A stretch of DNA of 63,659 bases, the filler included, from Dimargaris cristalligena (lineage: Eukaryota), in NCBI GenBank assembly GCA_003614675.1. It is 13 parts of 13 records of this genome, joined end to end, with 100 filler letters (N's around TTAATTAATTAA, not from the genome) between each part and the next. Parts side by side here need not be neighbours in the genome. Positions count along the whole stretch, not along the records: positions 39,410 to 44,218 come from ML003728.1; positions 44,319 to 49,090 come from ML003729.1; positions 49,191 to 53,952 come from ML003730.1; 10 more parts are not named here. The stretch is one strand, 5' to 3'. Under the pieces are notes generated by a model. That model saw nothing but the letters and a program-made list of their open reading frames with translations. It was not told the DNA's origin and did not search any database. A program made the position numbers and the translations under genes. How positions within the stretch are numbered: position 1 is the first letter of the stretch; each line of letters opens with the position of its first letter. Positions 39,310-50,500 of the stretch are shown piece after piece.

Positions 39310-39895
39310 NNNNNNNNNNNNNNNNNNNNNNNNNNNNNNNNNNNNNNNNNNNNTTAATTAATTAANNNNNNNNNNNNNNNNNNNNNNNNNNNNNNNNNNN
39401 NNNNNNNNNGCCTGGAGAAGCCACCCTTCCCTTTTGATATATTTTTGTTGTTCATTTTAGTGGCTTGACACCACCACACTGTGACACTAGTACTGCACTC
39501 TGAGGGACCATCCGAGGTCAGCACTAGTAGATGCATTCACCCAGAATTAGTCACAGGAGAATGGTTGGTTCAACCCTCTGTGGTGAACTTACCACATATT
39601 TTACTTAAATGTAAATTAGGAATGGTAATCCAACCTTCTGTTCCTGGAGATATTTTATAGTTATTGCCATATATAATTGAGGGGGGGGGGGGATGTGAAT
39701 ATTAGATTAGCTAAAGGCTTGAATATACACATTCCATTCTACTGTAATATAAAGTAAATATATTATTTATTAATGAAACTTTCTTATTTAGACATCCAAC
39801 CTCCTTAAATAGTAGATTACTGCTTGAGTCTCTAATAATACCTAATGAAGTCTTACTTAGGTAGGGTAAAAGTATTTTTTTTTATACAGGTATTG

Positions 39896-40485
39896 TGTTA
39901 CCCAGGTTCACTACTCTTAGTCTATTAAGAGTCCCAGGGATAGGCTTCTAATAGTAGGTGGGGCCTAGACTCAGCTAAGTAGGCTACTAGTATTAGGTAT
40001 GGGGTATAGTATTAACTAAATAAGGCTAAATAGTAGGAATAGGCAAGGGATATACAGTAAGTATACTTACTAGTCAGTATAAGGGGGTGAGTATATATAG
40101 AGTTTATTGGAGTAAACTGGGGGGTAAGAATAAGCTAAGAAATCTAACCAGTCCTAATAGGGCCTAATTATATATATATATATAGGGATAAATCTAGAGG
40201 GAGGTCCCAAGGGAAGCATATCACTAAGGCTATAGGATAAGTAAATAGGCTAACTAGATGGCTACTAGTATTTGGAAGACTCTGATGGTAGCTAGAAGAG
40301 TCTATGGATTAGCACTTGAGTAATTAATGTAAAGAGGTAGAGTCCAGAAGGGGAAAGGTTATATAATAATGGATAATCCCATAGTATTGGGGTAACCATA
40401 GGAAGTTTAATATAGTATTATATAGCCTAATATGGTCAGATATCTAAACTAGTGGGATTAAGTTAGATTAGATGGTCTAATAATA
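39896..40485 (-). mobile_element. LTR family A solo copy, heavily C-to-T/G-to-A mutated
   Basis: Starts TGTTACCCAGG...CTCTTAGTC; reverse complement of 33630-34213. Confidence 0.85.
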
Positions 40486-41019
40486 TGAAAAATTACTATA
40501 TCAAATATGATACTGTATTGAGTACTCAATAATGTAAACAGATAATTTCATTATCTATTAGAGGGAAATGTTTGGGATGGTTATAAATATAAAGAAATTC
40601 CGAATTTTATTGGGGTTACAAAGTTAAGTGCCCAACAATTAGTATAGTATAAGGTAAATGGTGGCAAAAATGGGTAGTGTTGTAAATTTATTCTTCTTAT
40701 ATATTATATATAAAATAGGATGTAATACTTTGAACTATTGGAACCTTTATAAAATGCTGATGGACATTAGAGAGAACCTACTTAAAACTGCGCAATAAAT
40801 CCTCCTTAGATTAGGGGGAAGGACACCAGGGCTATGAATAGGATATAGAAAATGTGACATCCAACTATATAGATGTTTGGATGATTTATAAGTAATAATA
40901 GACGGGGGGATTTATTATTAACTATAGTGGATGCGGGCTAGGCAAACGAATCTTTCATCATATAATTTATATGAAAATATCCGATATGGACTTTGATTAT
41001 TTAACCGCCTCACATAAAT

Positions 41020-41812
41020 TTACAGTCGATTATTCGTTGACGCTACCTTGGCCTTGTGAATTTCTTCGTAAGCTTTGGTCTCTTCAGGCAAAGTGTTACC
41101 TAACTCATTGAGCAAGATATCCTTAAATTTCCGAACGGACTGAATCTTGCCGTTTGTAAATTGGTTCTCGGCTGCTACTTGGTCAAGTACATCGCGCATC
41201 AGGCAATCAGGGTTCCGGCCCTCCTCTACACAGCTGATGACATCGAGAGGTACGCTGCCTTCAACGGAGTCTTTGAGCTCATCCAGTTGGGCGAACTTGG
41301 CGATTAAGTCGGATCTGATTCAGTGGTATTGGAAATACAAATAGCATTAATGTAGGGTCGGTTAGATAGGGAAGGCCGCCGTTCTTAAGACAAACATGCC
41401 GCAGTATACTAGCAAAGGGGGGATGCACATTTGCTGTACCAGAAAAAGCAAAATAGTTGAGGTTGGATTGGGAAAAGCTTGGCCAGCCAGGTATGGTTGT
41501 AGGTAATAGATACTGTTGGGCTCGGAAATCGCCAGGCTAATCAAATGGAAGCCAACCAGTTCCAAATAAGAATAGGGGCGTCGTGCCCCTTGGCCAACTA
41601 TTCACGAAAGCAAAGCAGGTAGGTAGTAAGATACCTACTCCATTCGAAGCTACTTACATGCGATTATGAACTACCGGGCCGCTTTCGCTCTGGAATTCGT
41701 GGACGGTAATGCCAAGCTCGAATAGGGTATCTATTATTTCTTTGACCTTGGCTTCTGCCTGGCGACAAGGACTAGAGACCTCAACGGGCCGATTCGCATC
41801 AGAGGAGGCCAT
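41020..41812 (-). CDS. MED10: Mediator subunit 10 (Nut2); exons 41812-41658, 41314-41020
   Basis: IIDTLFELGITVHEFQ...VPLDVISCVEEGRNPD...ENQFTNGKIQSVRKFKDIL; one GT-AG intron. Confidence 0.92.
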
Positions 41813-42251
41813 GGTACGGCATGGGCGTAAAGTCAATGAGGACCGTAAGAGCGGGAATACTCGAGTACGCGAGGGGTAGAAAGCAGGGCACGGCTAAGAG
41901 TTGGGAGCGTAGAAAAATAAAGGTAACAAGAAACCGGACAAGGTTGAGTTCGAGATAAATTGGAAAAGCAGAGAGGTAATATATTACGGAAAGGTCGGCC
42001 CATTCATAATAAAGTGCGTCCTTGAATGGGAAGATGGATTGTGTAAGCCACACAATGGAAGAAGGGTGACAAAAGAGATTAGTTGGTTCTAGTGGAGTGG
42101 CCTATTCTTGCCAGTCTAATATTTTTTCTATTAGAGGGTACTACATTTGGGCCCTGCTAAACTACACACTTTATTTTCCTTCACCCTACAGGATCCACAT
42201 TCCAATTGACAAAATCCATATTTTCACATTTGCATTTCTTGTTACTTCCCA

Positions 42252-43235
42252 ATGCCCCTATTTGTTGTATCTTCTACGTTCAGTCGAACTGGGTTGGCCC
42301 GCGTGGGTCAGTCAGCCCGTCTCAGAGCCTCGGGTACCTCATTATACCCGCAGTTCCCCAGCACTAATGCACTTGCGGCGTTCTCGACCCGAAAGCCACC
42401 GACCCAACGTATGGACGAGCAGCAGTACCACCCCGATTTCCCGGCCGTTAACTCCATCGCCCCGAAAACTACTCCCAGTCGATTGGGAGTAGAGCTACGC
42501 CAGCACGTCGAAAGAGGGGGCAGTTTGACCGACAAACGGTTACCATCGTCAGCCCCGCGCTCTCCATTGACGGCCCCTAAAAAATACGCTAGGCCTCAAC
42601 GCAAACCCGCTCGTGCTACACCTAAAGGCACCGAGGAAGTCCCGGTGACGCCAGCGGGTAAGGCTGGCGAAGGCTGGCGGATACGTAAGCAGGAACAAAA
42701 GGCCAGCCTAGAAGACGGTAAATGGGCACCGAAGAAGCGAGTTGCCCGCTCTACCATGGAACGTATCCGCTTCTTGGCTATCAATGTAAGTAGTATGTTT
42801 CGGACTAACGTACACGATGCTATATTTTGCGGATCATCTATTTTTTCCTCGCCACCGTTTCCATGTGTTCAGCCCATGAGTCATTTACCTAAATCCATAT
42901 AACCAAGTCTAACTGAGCATCCTGTCGAATTCCGATATGTATTATATATATATATATATATTTAAATCACCGCCCTTTATTGGACCGAACAGATGCCCGA
43001 TACCTTCGATATCCCTCGTCTCTCGTACGAATTTAAAATATCATTCGAGGCTGTCCGACGGATTCTGAGGTCCAACTTCAACCCAAGCCCCGAGGTGATC
43101 CAGACCCAGGAATCAAAACGGCTCGCCCTACGCAAGGAGTACTGGTCCGCTACCCAGGAAGCCAATCAGCCCAAACCACCGACCTTACCCCAACCGGTTA
43201 CGATTATCACACAGCGGCCTAAACCTAAGTCTTAG
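42252..43235 (+). CDS. RRG9: Rrg9/neugrin-family mitochondrial protein; exons 42252-42785, 42993-43235
   Basis: W..QK..L....WAPKKRVARSTMERIRFL...P..F....L...FKISFEAVRRILRSNF.P; presequence-like N-terminus; divergent from MED10. Confidence 0.88.
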
Positions 43236-44319
43236 TATGTTAATACAGTGGGCTCCCAATGGAGACTATACCAAAATCACCAATAAAAGGAATATGATAT
43301 AGTTAAAGGGCAGTGGCAGCACGGTCATTAAAAAACTGGAGGGGTATAGGCTAATAGTTTACAGTGGTATTACGCTGCAACCCACTACAGACCATGGTGT
43401 TTGTATTCCTGTCAAGTGTAAAATGGGGAGAAGACTATCGGCACCACTGCCATATTTCGTTAATTTATTGAGATGAAGAATATGGTATGTTTATCCTAGA
43501 GTTGTGTTGCAGGCCATCGTTGTCACTGAACCGGGCAGGGAAAACCACTTGTCGAGTGGAACTTTGACTAGACAATGAAAGAAGCCGACATTGTTAAATC
43601 CCCAAGCAATGCAAATTTACTATCCACCTCATTTTTCTCAAAGCTGACTGACATTCCAGGGAATTCTGGCCAAAGGTAAAAGTTGAGTGTCCCTTGGTAT
43701 CTATAAGTTGCTCAGTCCTTCTTTTGTCTGGCTCATTTGCCAAAATTTCGCCCACCCCTTTAGTCCCTGGTGATCCGATAATTGAACCAAACCCCAGTTG
43801 AGATATGTATTGTCCTTACCCAGTGACCTTTAAACTACACTGGATTATAAAATATCAATGAATTAGATTCATAAACTGCAAAAATGAACTAAAAAAATAT
43901 AGCATCGATTATTCCCCAGGAGTTACCCACCTCAGTACTAAATCAACTGATCAGAGCTTATCTTCACAGATCCAACATGATACAGAGCATATTCTGACAT
44001 ATGGCCATCTCTTTTGTTGTTACAATATTGGGCAATATAAATAGTAATAAAATATAAATATAAAAGAATTAATACCCTCGGGTACTCAAAAGTAACTAAA
44101 GCATAATCAAACTTCCGCAGAAGTGCTATCTGGTGAATTCTTTAGCCTCGACTAAAAAGTTATTTTATTAATAAGATATTACACTGAGTATTTATACTAA
44201 AACTCAGGGATTATAAATNNNNNNNNNNNNNNNNNNNNNNNNNNNNNNNNNNNNNNNNNNNNTTAATTAATTAANNNNNNNNNNNNNNNNNNNNNNNNNN
44301 NNNNNNNNNNNNNNNNNNC

Positions 44320-45054
44320 ATCTCTTTTGTCTCGTCTGCACCTTCAAAAAACAACTCCTCAACAAATGCGTCGAATTGTTCAAAACATTGCAACTCCAGA
44401 TGTGATCGCCTTTCCTAAAAATGCCAATTCTTCAACCAAAAATCTTTTAGTTTTTAACGACATGTCGAACGACAGTTTATGGATCAATTCATCTATCCAG
44501 TCATCAATAAAAGAACAAATTATGAATTTACAAAGCACAGTTTTTAGACAATTCGTGTTGTGGTTCGCACGAATTATCCCATGTGCTCGTGTTCTAGTTC
44601 GCTCGACTTATCCCACCAATGTTTTTCAGTCTTTATCGCGTCTGTTGTTTCTTTTTTGTATTTAAGAAAATATCGATATCTTTCTATTTATATGTATTGT
44701 TCAAATAGAAATAGAAATAAATCACGAATGTTGCAGTCTGAATTTTTAGGTTCATGTATTTCATTTTTTCCAATGAGATGCTTTCGCAACACTCCTTCGC
44801 ATTCACAAATTCCGTTGGTCATTGCCACCTCCGATCCTACTAGACATGACCCCATGTATGTTTGCAAAAAAGATGATTATTCTGAATCTTTTGTTTACGC
44901 AAAATGACCAATATGCATCGATTTAATAACAAAGCCGACCTGTTTCGTCGACTGCGGACACGTAGGTTGCGCAAAATGTTTTCAAAAACTGTCAAAACTT
45001 CGTGAATGTCCTGTTTGCTGGACACATGGCTCAACCATAAAACTGTTTTTTTAA
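44320..45054 (+). pseudogene. C3HC4 RING-finger protein with a possible N-terminal zinc-deaminase domain, disrupted
   Basis: Frame 1 ends K*PICIDLITKPTCFVDCGHVGCAKCFQKLSKLRECPVCWTHGSTIKLFF*; TGA at 44905 occupies RING Cys1; further in-frame stops at 44416, 44455, 44545. Confidence 0.75.
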
Positions 45055-45203
45055 TGGATGTTTTTGTAAATAAGATCAAGGAAAATCGTTTGAGATGTTC
45101 TTTTCTTTCTTATAATCTTCATCTATGAAAGTTTTCAATATTTTTCAATACCACTTACAAAACTTTATAGAAACTTATAGAACTTTATAAAACTGAATAC
45201 AAA

Positions 45204-46083
45204 TCATATGCTCTCAAAAACAACACTCGATGTAAAAGCGGACAAAAACGAGTCAAGAAGGAAAGGAGTCTTGTCCATCTGTTGAAGATAGTAGTTTGCA
45301 TTAAAAATATTCTGGTATGTTATTAGATCGGGAACATCTGCGGGGTTATTATAGAGCAGAGGATATTGTGGACCAAGAATGTCTACAATCGCCGGCAAAG
45401 AGTTGATAACTATTGGAGTATTACGCGCAATGCACTCTAACAATGTGTTAATCGCAGCCGCATCAACCATGTCTAGAAAGACGACATTTTGGGACAACAA
45501 TTGATCATAGTCATCATCAGACAATTTGTTTGTTTTCGTTGGTGAAAAAGTTTCTCATTGCAAAGTTGTTGTCCACAAACTCTGTTGGATGAACCAATGC
45601 TACCACTGGTATGTTTGGAAAACCTCAGTTTGTCAGTTCGCATGTCCACCTTAATTGGAACTCATTGGAAAACACAAACAATCCTTTACAAGTTGGCAAT
45701 GATGATAAAAATTTCGGATTTTTCAAAAGATTCACGTTATTGTACTCTGAAAAAGTTGTATTGAACGTGTGGTGGTTAAAACCAATCCATGGAACTGTGT
45801 AAGGAATGAGAGGTGGGTTTAACCAATGAAATGTTCGGTCGATATATGTATCACACCAAATTTCATTGTCATCTTGCAATTGCTCCAATCCACTCATAAC
45901 ATACGGCCATCCACTTCGATGAAATCCTTGAAGGTAACTAACTTGATCCATGAATTTCAAATTTATTCCAACAGGAAATGCCATAATGTTAACGGTCTTC
46001 TTTCCTTATTGGTCCGAAAAGAAATCATGCACTATACGCGATCCCTGCGTTTTACATCCTTTTAGTATATGTGTGTTTGTCAT
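45204..46083 (-). pseudogene. Glycosyltransferase-like protein of a type I recall from giant viruses, disrupted
   Basis: FHRSGWPYV, PWIGFNHHT, CKGLFVFS, HPTE, YDQLLSQNVVFLDMVDAAAINTLLECIARNTPIVIN.LPA....LG..YPL; in-frame TGA at 45625, frameshift near 45520; start is either 46083 (with a TAA at 46006) or 45984. Confidence 0.65.
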
Positions 46084-46866
46084 TTACTCATATGCGGCTT
46101 CACCGATGACATTTCCAGGCGGTGAATATTCACATGCGTAAATTACGTTACTTAATAGTCCGTTTTCCGCTGCACAGCAACCAATTGATTTTGTTGTAGG
46201 CCAAACCATCTGTGTATAATGTCCAAATCTTTCGAAATTTGTAGTGTTAAATATTTCACCTGGCGAATAAAATTGAACTTCGTTGGCCCAATCTTCAATG
46301 GCAGATGAAAGATTAAACAATATTGGCGCTGTTCCCGCAATCTTGTAGAGATTCTCCCCGTATGGTCCACCGCTGTGCTTGAATGTGTTCATTTCGATCA
46401 AAAACAAAGTATAATTACATGCTTATTGTTCCAATAGTAAATCATAAGAAAGTGCAGCATGTTTTTGTGTCGCGGGAACATTCGCGCGGATCAAATTATG
46501 AAGAGCTAGAGCTGCAAGCCGATCAGATTGTGAGCTTGCCAAATGTGAAATGTTATCAAACGCTAATGTTGGGGACGGTCTTATCTTTGATAGTAAAGTT
46601 GAAGATGGACAAGCTTTAAACGTATGGTGTTTTTTTGTCGACGTTTTCTCTTTAGAATGCTTAACCGTTGTTTTACATTTTGAATGTTTTGTCTCCCTGT
46701 CAACTTCATAATCATGACAGTTTTTCCCAAAATTGCGATATTGGTTCACACATAAAAAATGTTCCTCTTCGTTGTGTTGCCATTTCTCAGAAAAACTTGC
46801 ATTTGTGGTGATAGTTAAGTATATTGTGTAAAAAAATAATACATTCGCAATAAATGTTTTCAACAT
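46084..46866 (-). pseudogene. Secreted CAP/SCP/PR-1 family protein with one in-frame stop
   Basis: Signal peptide; LALHNLIRA...LSYDLLLEQ*A...FKHSGGPYGENL...W..E...Y...GHYTQMVWPTTKSIGC...YACEYSPPGN; TAA at 46423. Confidence 0.88.
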
Positions 46867-46937
46867 ATTTACTGTTAAGATAAGTAAGTATAACCAGAAC
46901 TCTTTTATACAAATTATTTTGAATAGGTATAAAACCG

Positions 46938-47593
46938 TTTATCGATAAAAACTTTTAACATTAATATTCAATTTATGGGTGTCAACGTTCAACGAATGTG
47001 AACATCTTTTGCATTTGTGTTATTTTTATGTGATAATATTTGTTTATTGATCAAACGTTTTTCAAAGTGCATTTTGCAATCTCATCCAAAAAAACTAAGA
47101 GAATTCAAGAAAAAACACTGAGCTCGTACATAATTGGAATGTTGAAAAATTTAAATGTTTAAAAGATCGATTACTCGGTATGTTGAAAATTTGTTTATCG
47201 ATAAAACAGATTCGGATTGTTCAAGAAATTGAATTTCAAAATGTTGAACATCTTTTTATCGATTAAGCAGATTCGTAATATTGAATCTCGAAGAATTGAC
47301 GAAATGTTGAAGAAATTGAATGTTCGTAAATAATTAATACAGAAGATCTTGTATCTTGTCATGTCAAAGTAATAGACATAAATCGGTAGTAATTATTCGA
47401 TGACCGCAATCACATTTCTTGAACCGATCCTGTTCGACGAACAAAATCATAATCAATAAACAAAATTATAATCATATTCTATAAACAAAATTAGATAAGA
47501 TTGATACACAAAATTATGATCATAATCCATCAATGGTCATATTCGATTAAATTGCACATGTTTTTGAATATTCGATAATTGTTTATCGATAAA
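46938..47593. repeat. Dispersed palindrome TTTATCGATAAA and degenerate ~60-bp tandem repeats
   Basis: Exact at 46938, 47194, 47582; variants at 47043 and 47255. Confidence 0.85.
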
Positions 47594-47622
47594 ACATTTT
47601 CATATCGTATTTTGCAGTATCA

Positions 47623-49090
47623 TCAATTTGCAACCATAAACACATATCCGGATGCACCTGCTGCAGCCGCTGATGCAGAACCAACACTAGTCCCTGCTGA
47701 ACCACCGTTAGCAGTTACTGTTATCGCAGAAGATATTCCTTTGTAAATAACTATTGCAGCACCACCCCCTCCTCCTCCTCCTCCTCCGCACGACAGATTT
47801 GTTGTGGAACCTGTATAAGTCGCCGACGATCCATTTCCTCCGTTGGCTGTGATAGACCCAGTTCCGTTAATTACGTTTGCACATACTATCACGACGCCTC
47901 CACCTCCGCCGCCAGCTCCTGTTGAAATTGTCGTGGCCAACCCCAATGCAGCATAACCACTGCCTCCTCCTGAACCTCCTTGAATGTAACAATCTGTGTT
48001 AGAGTCTGGATTGGTATCGATAGACTGAAATCTTCCGTCAAGATAAGTTGGCATCATCGAAAATACGTACGGTCCACCATCAACAGCGGAAATTGAAATT
48101 ATTGTCCCACGAGCTCCGGGTGTCGTTCCCCCACCAGAACCCCCAACTCCTCCTAGACAAAAGTAAGTCACTGCGTTTGTCCCCGCTGTTCCATTTCCAG
48201 CCGTTGTCCTGCCAGCACCACCGACCGTACCGGGTCCTAAAAACGTCGCCCCTGCTGTGATTCCAGAAGTACCACCTGTGGTTCATGTTGTATTTCCACC
48301 ATTTGCCGATATAGAACCATTCAAAGTTAATGTTCCTGAACAGACGATTCTCCAGCCACCAGTAGTCAATGTAACACCACTGTTGATTGTCAAATTTGAA
48401 TAATACATATTTCTCCCCAACGTTGTATTTGAAGATATGACAACAGCTCCATCCGGCGAGGCGCCGATCCCTGGAAAAGAGACGGTAGGTATCGTTTCAG
48501 TCAACTTTACAACAATCAATGCACCCGAACCAGTAGAAGTCAAAGTCACGCACGAAAAATTTCCAATCAAAATAATCGTGGAACTGCTGTTTATCAACTC
48601 TCCGGACGCTGCGGCTATGGTCAAAGTATTCACATCTGTTGATATCTTTGTAAGAAGATAAGTTCGTCCTGTTGCTCCTGTTGCTGTTGGCAAAGTCACG
48701 GTAAATGCTCCACCTGAAGTGTTGCATGATATTATGTAATCTGTTTGTTGCACTGTGTAAGCCGCGGAGACAGATGTTACATTATGTGTCATACTGCCGT
48801 TGGCGACACTCAAATTTCCACCCACAAATACAGAACCTGTCATTCCAGCACCGCCAGAAACAATCAAAGCACCCGTTGCAGTGGACGTTGATGCCGTAGT
48901 GTTCAGCAAGCTTGCAGATGCAGCTGTAATATTGTTATTGACTCCTAGGCCTCCTGAAATTACCACTGCTCCTGTGGATAAAGAAGTTGAATTAGCGGTC
49001 CCCAAACACGAAATCTTGCCATCTGCCCTCCATTTTGCCACAATAGTGTTCGGATCGCCAGAAAGTGTTGTTCCATTGTTTAATCCCGAC
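47623..49090 (-). pseudogene. Gly/Thr/Ser-rich virion fibre-like protein, 5' truncated, one in-frame stop
   Basis: Repeats STSLSTGAVVISGGLGV and STSTATGALIVSGGAGM; YTVQQTDYIISCNTSGGAFTVTLP module; glycine-rich C-terminus; TGA at 48283 with the frame continuing TTGGTSGITAG... Confidence 0.8.
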
Positions 49091-49493
49091 NNNNNNNNNN
49101 NNNNNNNNNNNNNNNNNNNNNNNNNNNNNNNNNNTTAATTAATTAANNNNNNNNNNNNNNNNNNNNNNNNNNNNNNNNNNNNNNNNNNNNTCTTAGCAGA
49201 CTAAGAGTAGTTTACCTTGGTAATAAACTCTAAACTTATTATATATGCCCCAAACTACCACATTAAAGCAGCCATACTCCCTTTTCTTTTCGGATTCCTT
49301 CAAAAACTTAATTTTCTAACTGATTCTAAAAACATAAAATATAGGTTATCAATAGCCACCAAGCCATTGAAGTTCACGCATTTCACAATACTATAATTAT
49401 TTTTGATAAAACTTTAACTATCTTCATTAATATTTTCCTAGCCCTTTAGCAATTTTATTTTCGTGTTTCCGATGATACTATTCAGCATATATC

Positions 49494-50500
49494 ATGAGTT
49501 CTAACACTCCCGAGGCCATCCTATCGGTATCATCAAGTATCATCAAACCTGTCAAGTCGGGCCCCTTTATTGTGCCGCCGAAGTAGCCTAAACAAACCGC
49601 CAAAGTCGCTTTGCAGATCCCTAAGTCTATTACTTTGAAGGCGGAGTCATCCAGCTATAAAACCATACCCTAGCTGATCAACCGGGCCACCAAACCGGTT
49701 GTGCCTGAATAGGTATTTTTGCCTTCAGAAACATTATGTGAGGGGACTGCGACTTCAATGAATTGAAATACACTAAAGGCCAACCAGCCTAACCTTTCTA
49801 AAATACTTCCAAAAACTAGTCCGTCTCTGCCATCGAAAAACTAAATGGTTTCCTGGTAATTACCATTAGGCGTGAGCGGCAACAGCGAATCGGTCCTGTT
49901 TAGCCCGATTGTGTGCATGGCCAACTTAACGGATGAAGTCATTCTCATTGATGGTCAAGATATTTGCCGAGTGGCCTAGGGTGATTTACGCTCCCAGATC
50001 GCGTACATCAACCAGTCCTTTGTGACTTTCCTGGGCACTATTTACTACAATATCGCCTATGGTGCTGTCAACCGGGGCGAGTTAGCCTCTATAGACGAGG
50101 TGGTGGAGGCGGCCAAAGCCGTTAACTTATATGATACGATCATGGGGCGCGAGGATGGCTTTGACGCCAAACTCGATGGGAGTGGCAACAAGATGAGCGG
50201 TGGCGAGTTGCAGCGCATGGGAATTGCGCGGGCCCTGGTAAAAAAGTCACTCATCTTACTTTTGGATGAGGCCACGGCCGCCCTGGATACCGCCACTGAA
50301 ACGAAGATCATGGACTACATTCGTAACTCTAAGGAGTCGCGAACGACTGTTACAATCGCCCATAGGATTTCGACTATTATGGATGCCGACCAGATTGTGG
50401 TCCTGGGACACGGCAGGGTGGCCGAGCTTGGCATACATAATGAATTAGTGGCCAAGGGCGGCATTTATGCCGAAATGTGGGCCAATACCCAGATTAACAA
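49494..50500 (+). pseudogene. ABCB-type (ATM1/HMT1/MDR-like) ABC transporter nucleotide-binding-domain pseudogene fragment
   Basis: ILIDGQDICRVA*GDLRSQIAYINQ, MSGGELQRMGIARAL, LLLDEATAALD, IAHRIST; Walker A degenerate, no transmembrane domain, in-frame TAG at 49977. Confidence 0.85.

Larger units (their letters stand above)
44319..49090. mobile_element. Putative endogenous large DNA virus fragment (Nucleocytoviricota-like), whole contig
   Basis: Intronless AT-rich genes, one pair abutting with no gap; fibre, RING and glycosyltransferase-like content; palindromic intergenic repeats; all four genes disrupted; no hallmark viral gene seen. Confidence 0.7.

Noticed and set aside
44327-44665. Frame-2 ORF with LLVFNDMSNDSLW resembling an A32 ATPase Walker B region
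   Set aside because: No Walker A or downstream RH motif; frame 1 is continuous with the RING and gives a better motif match.
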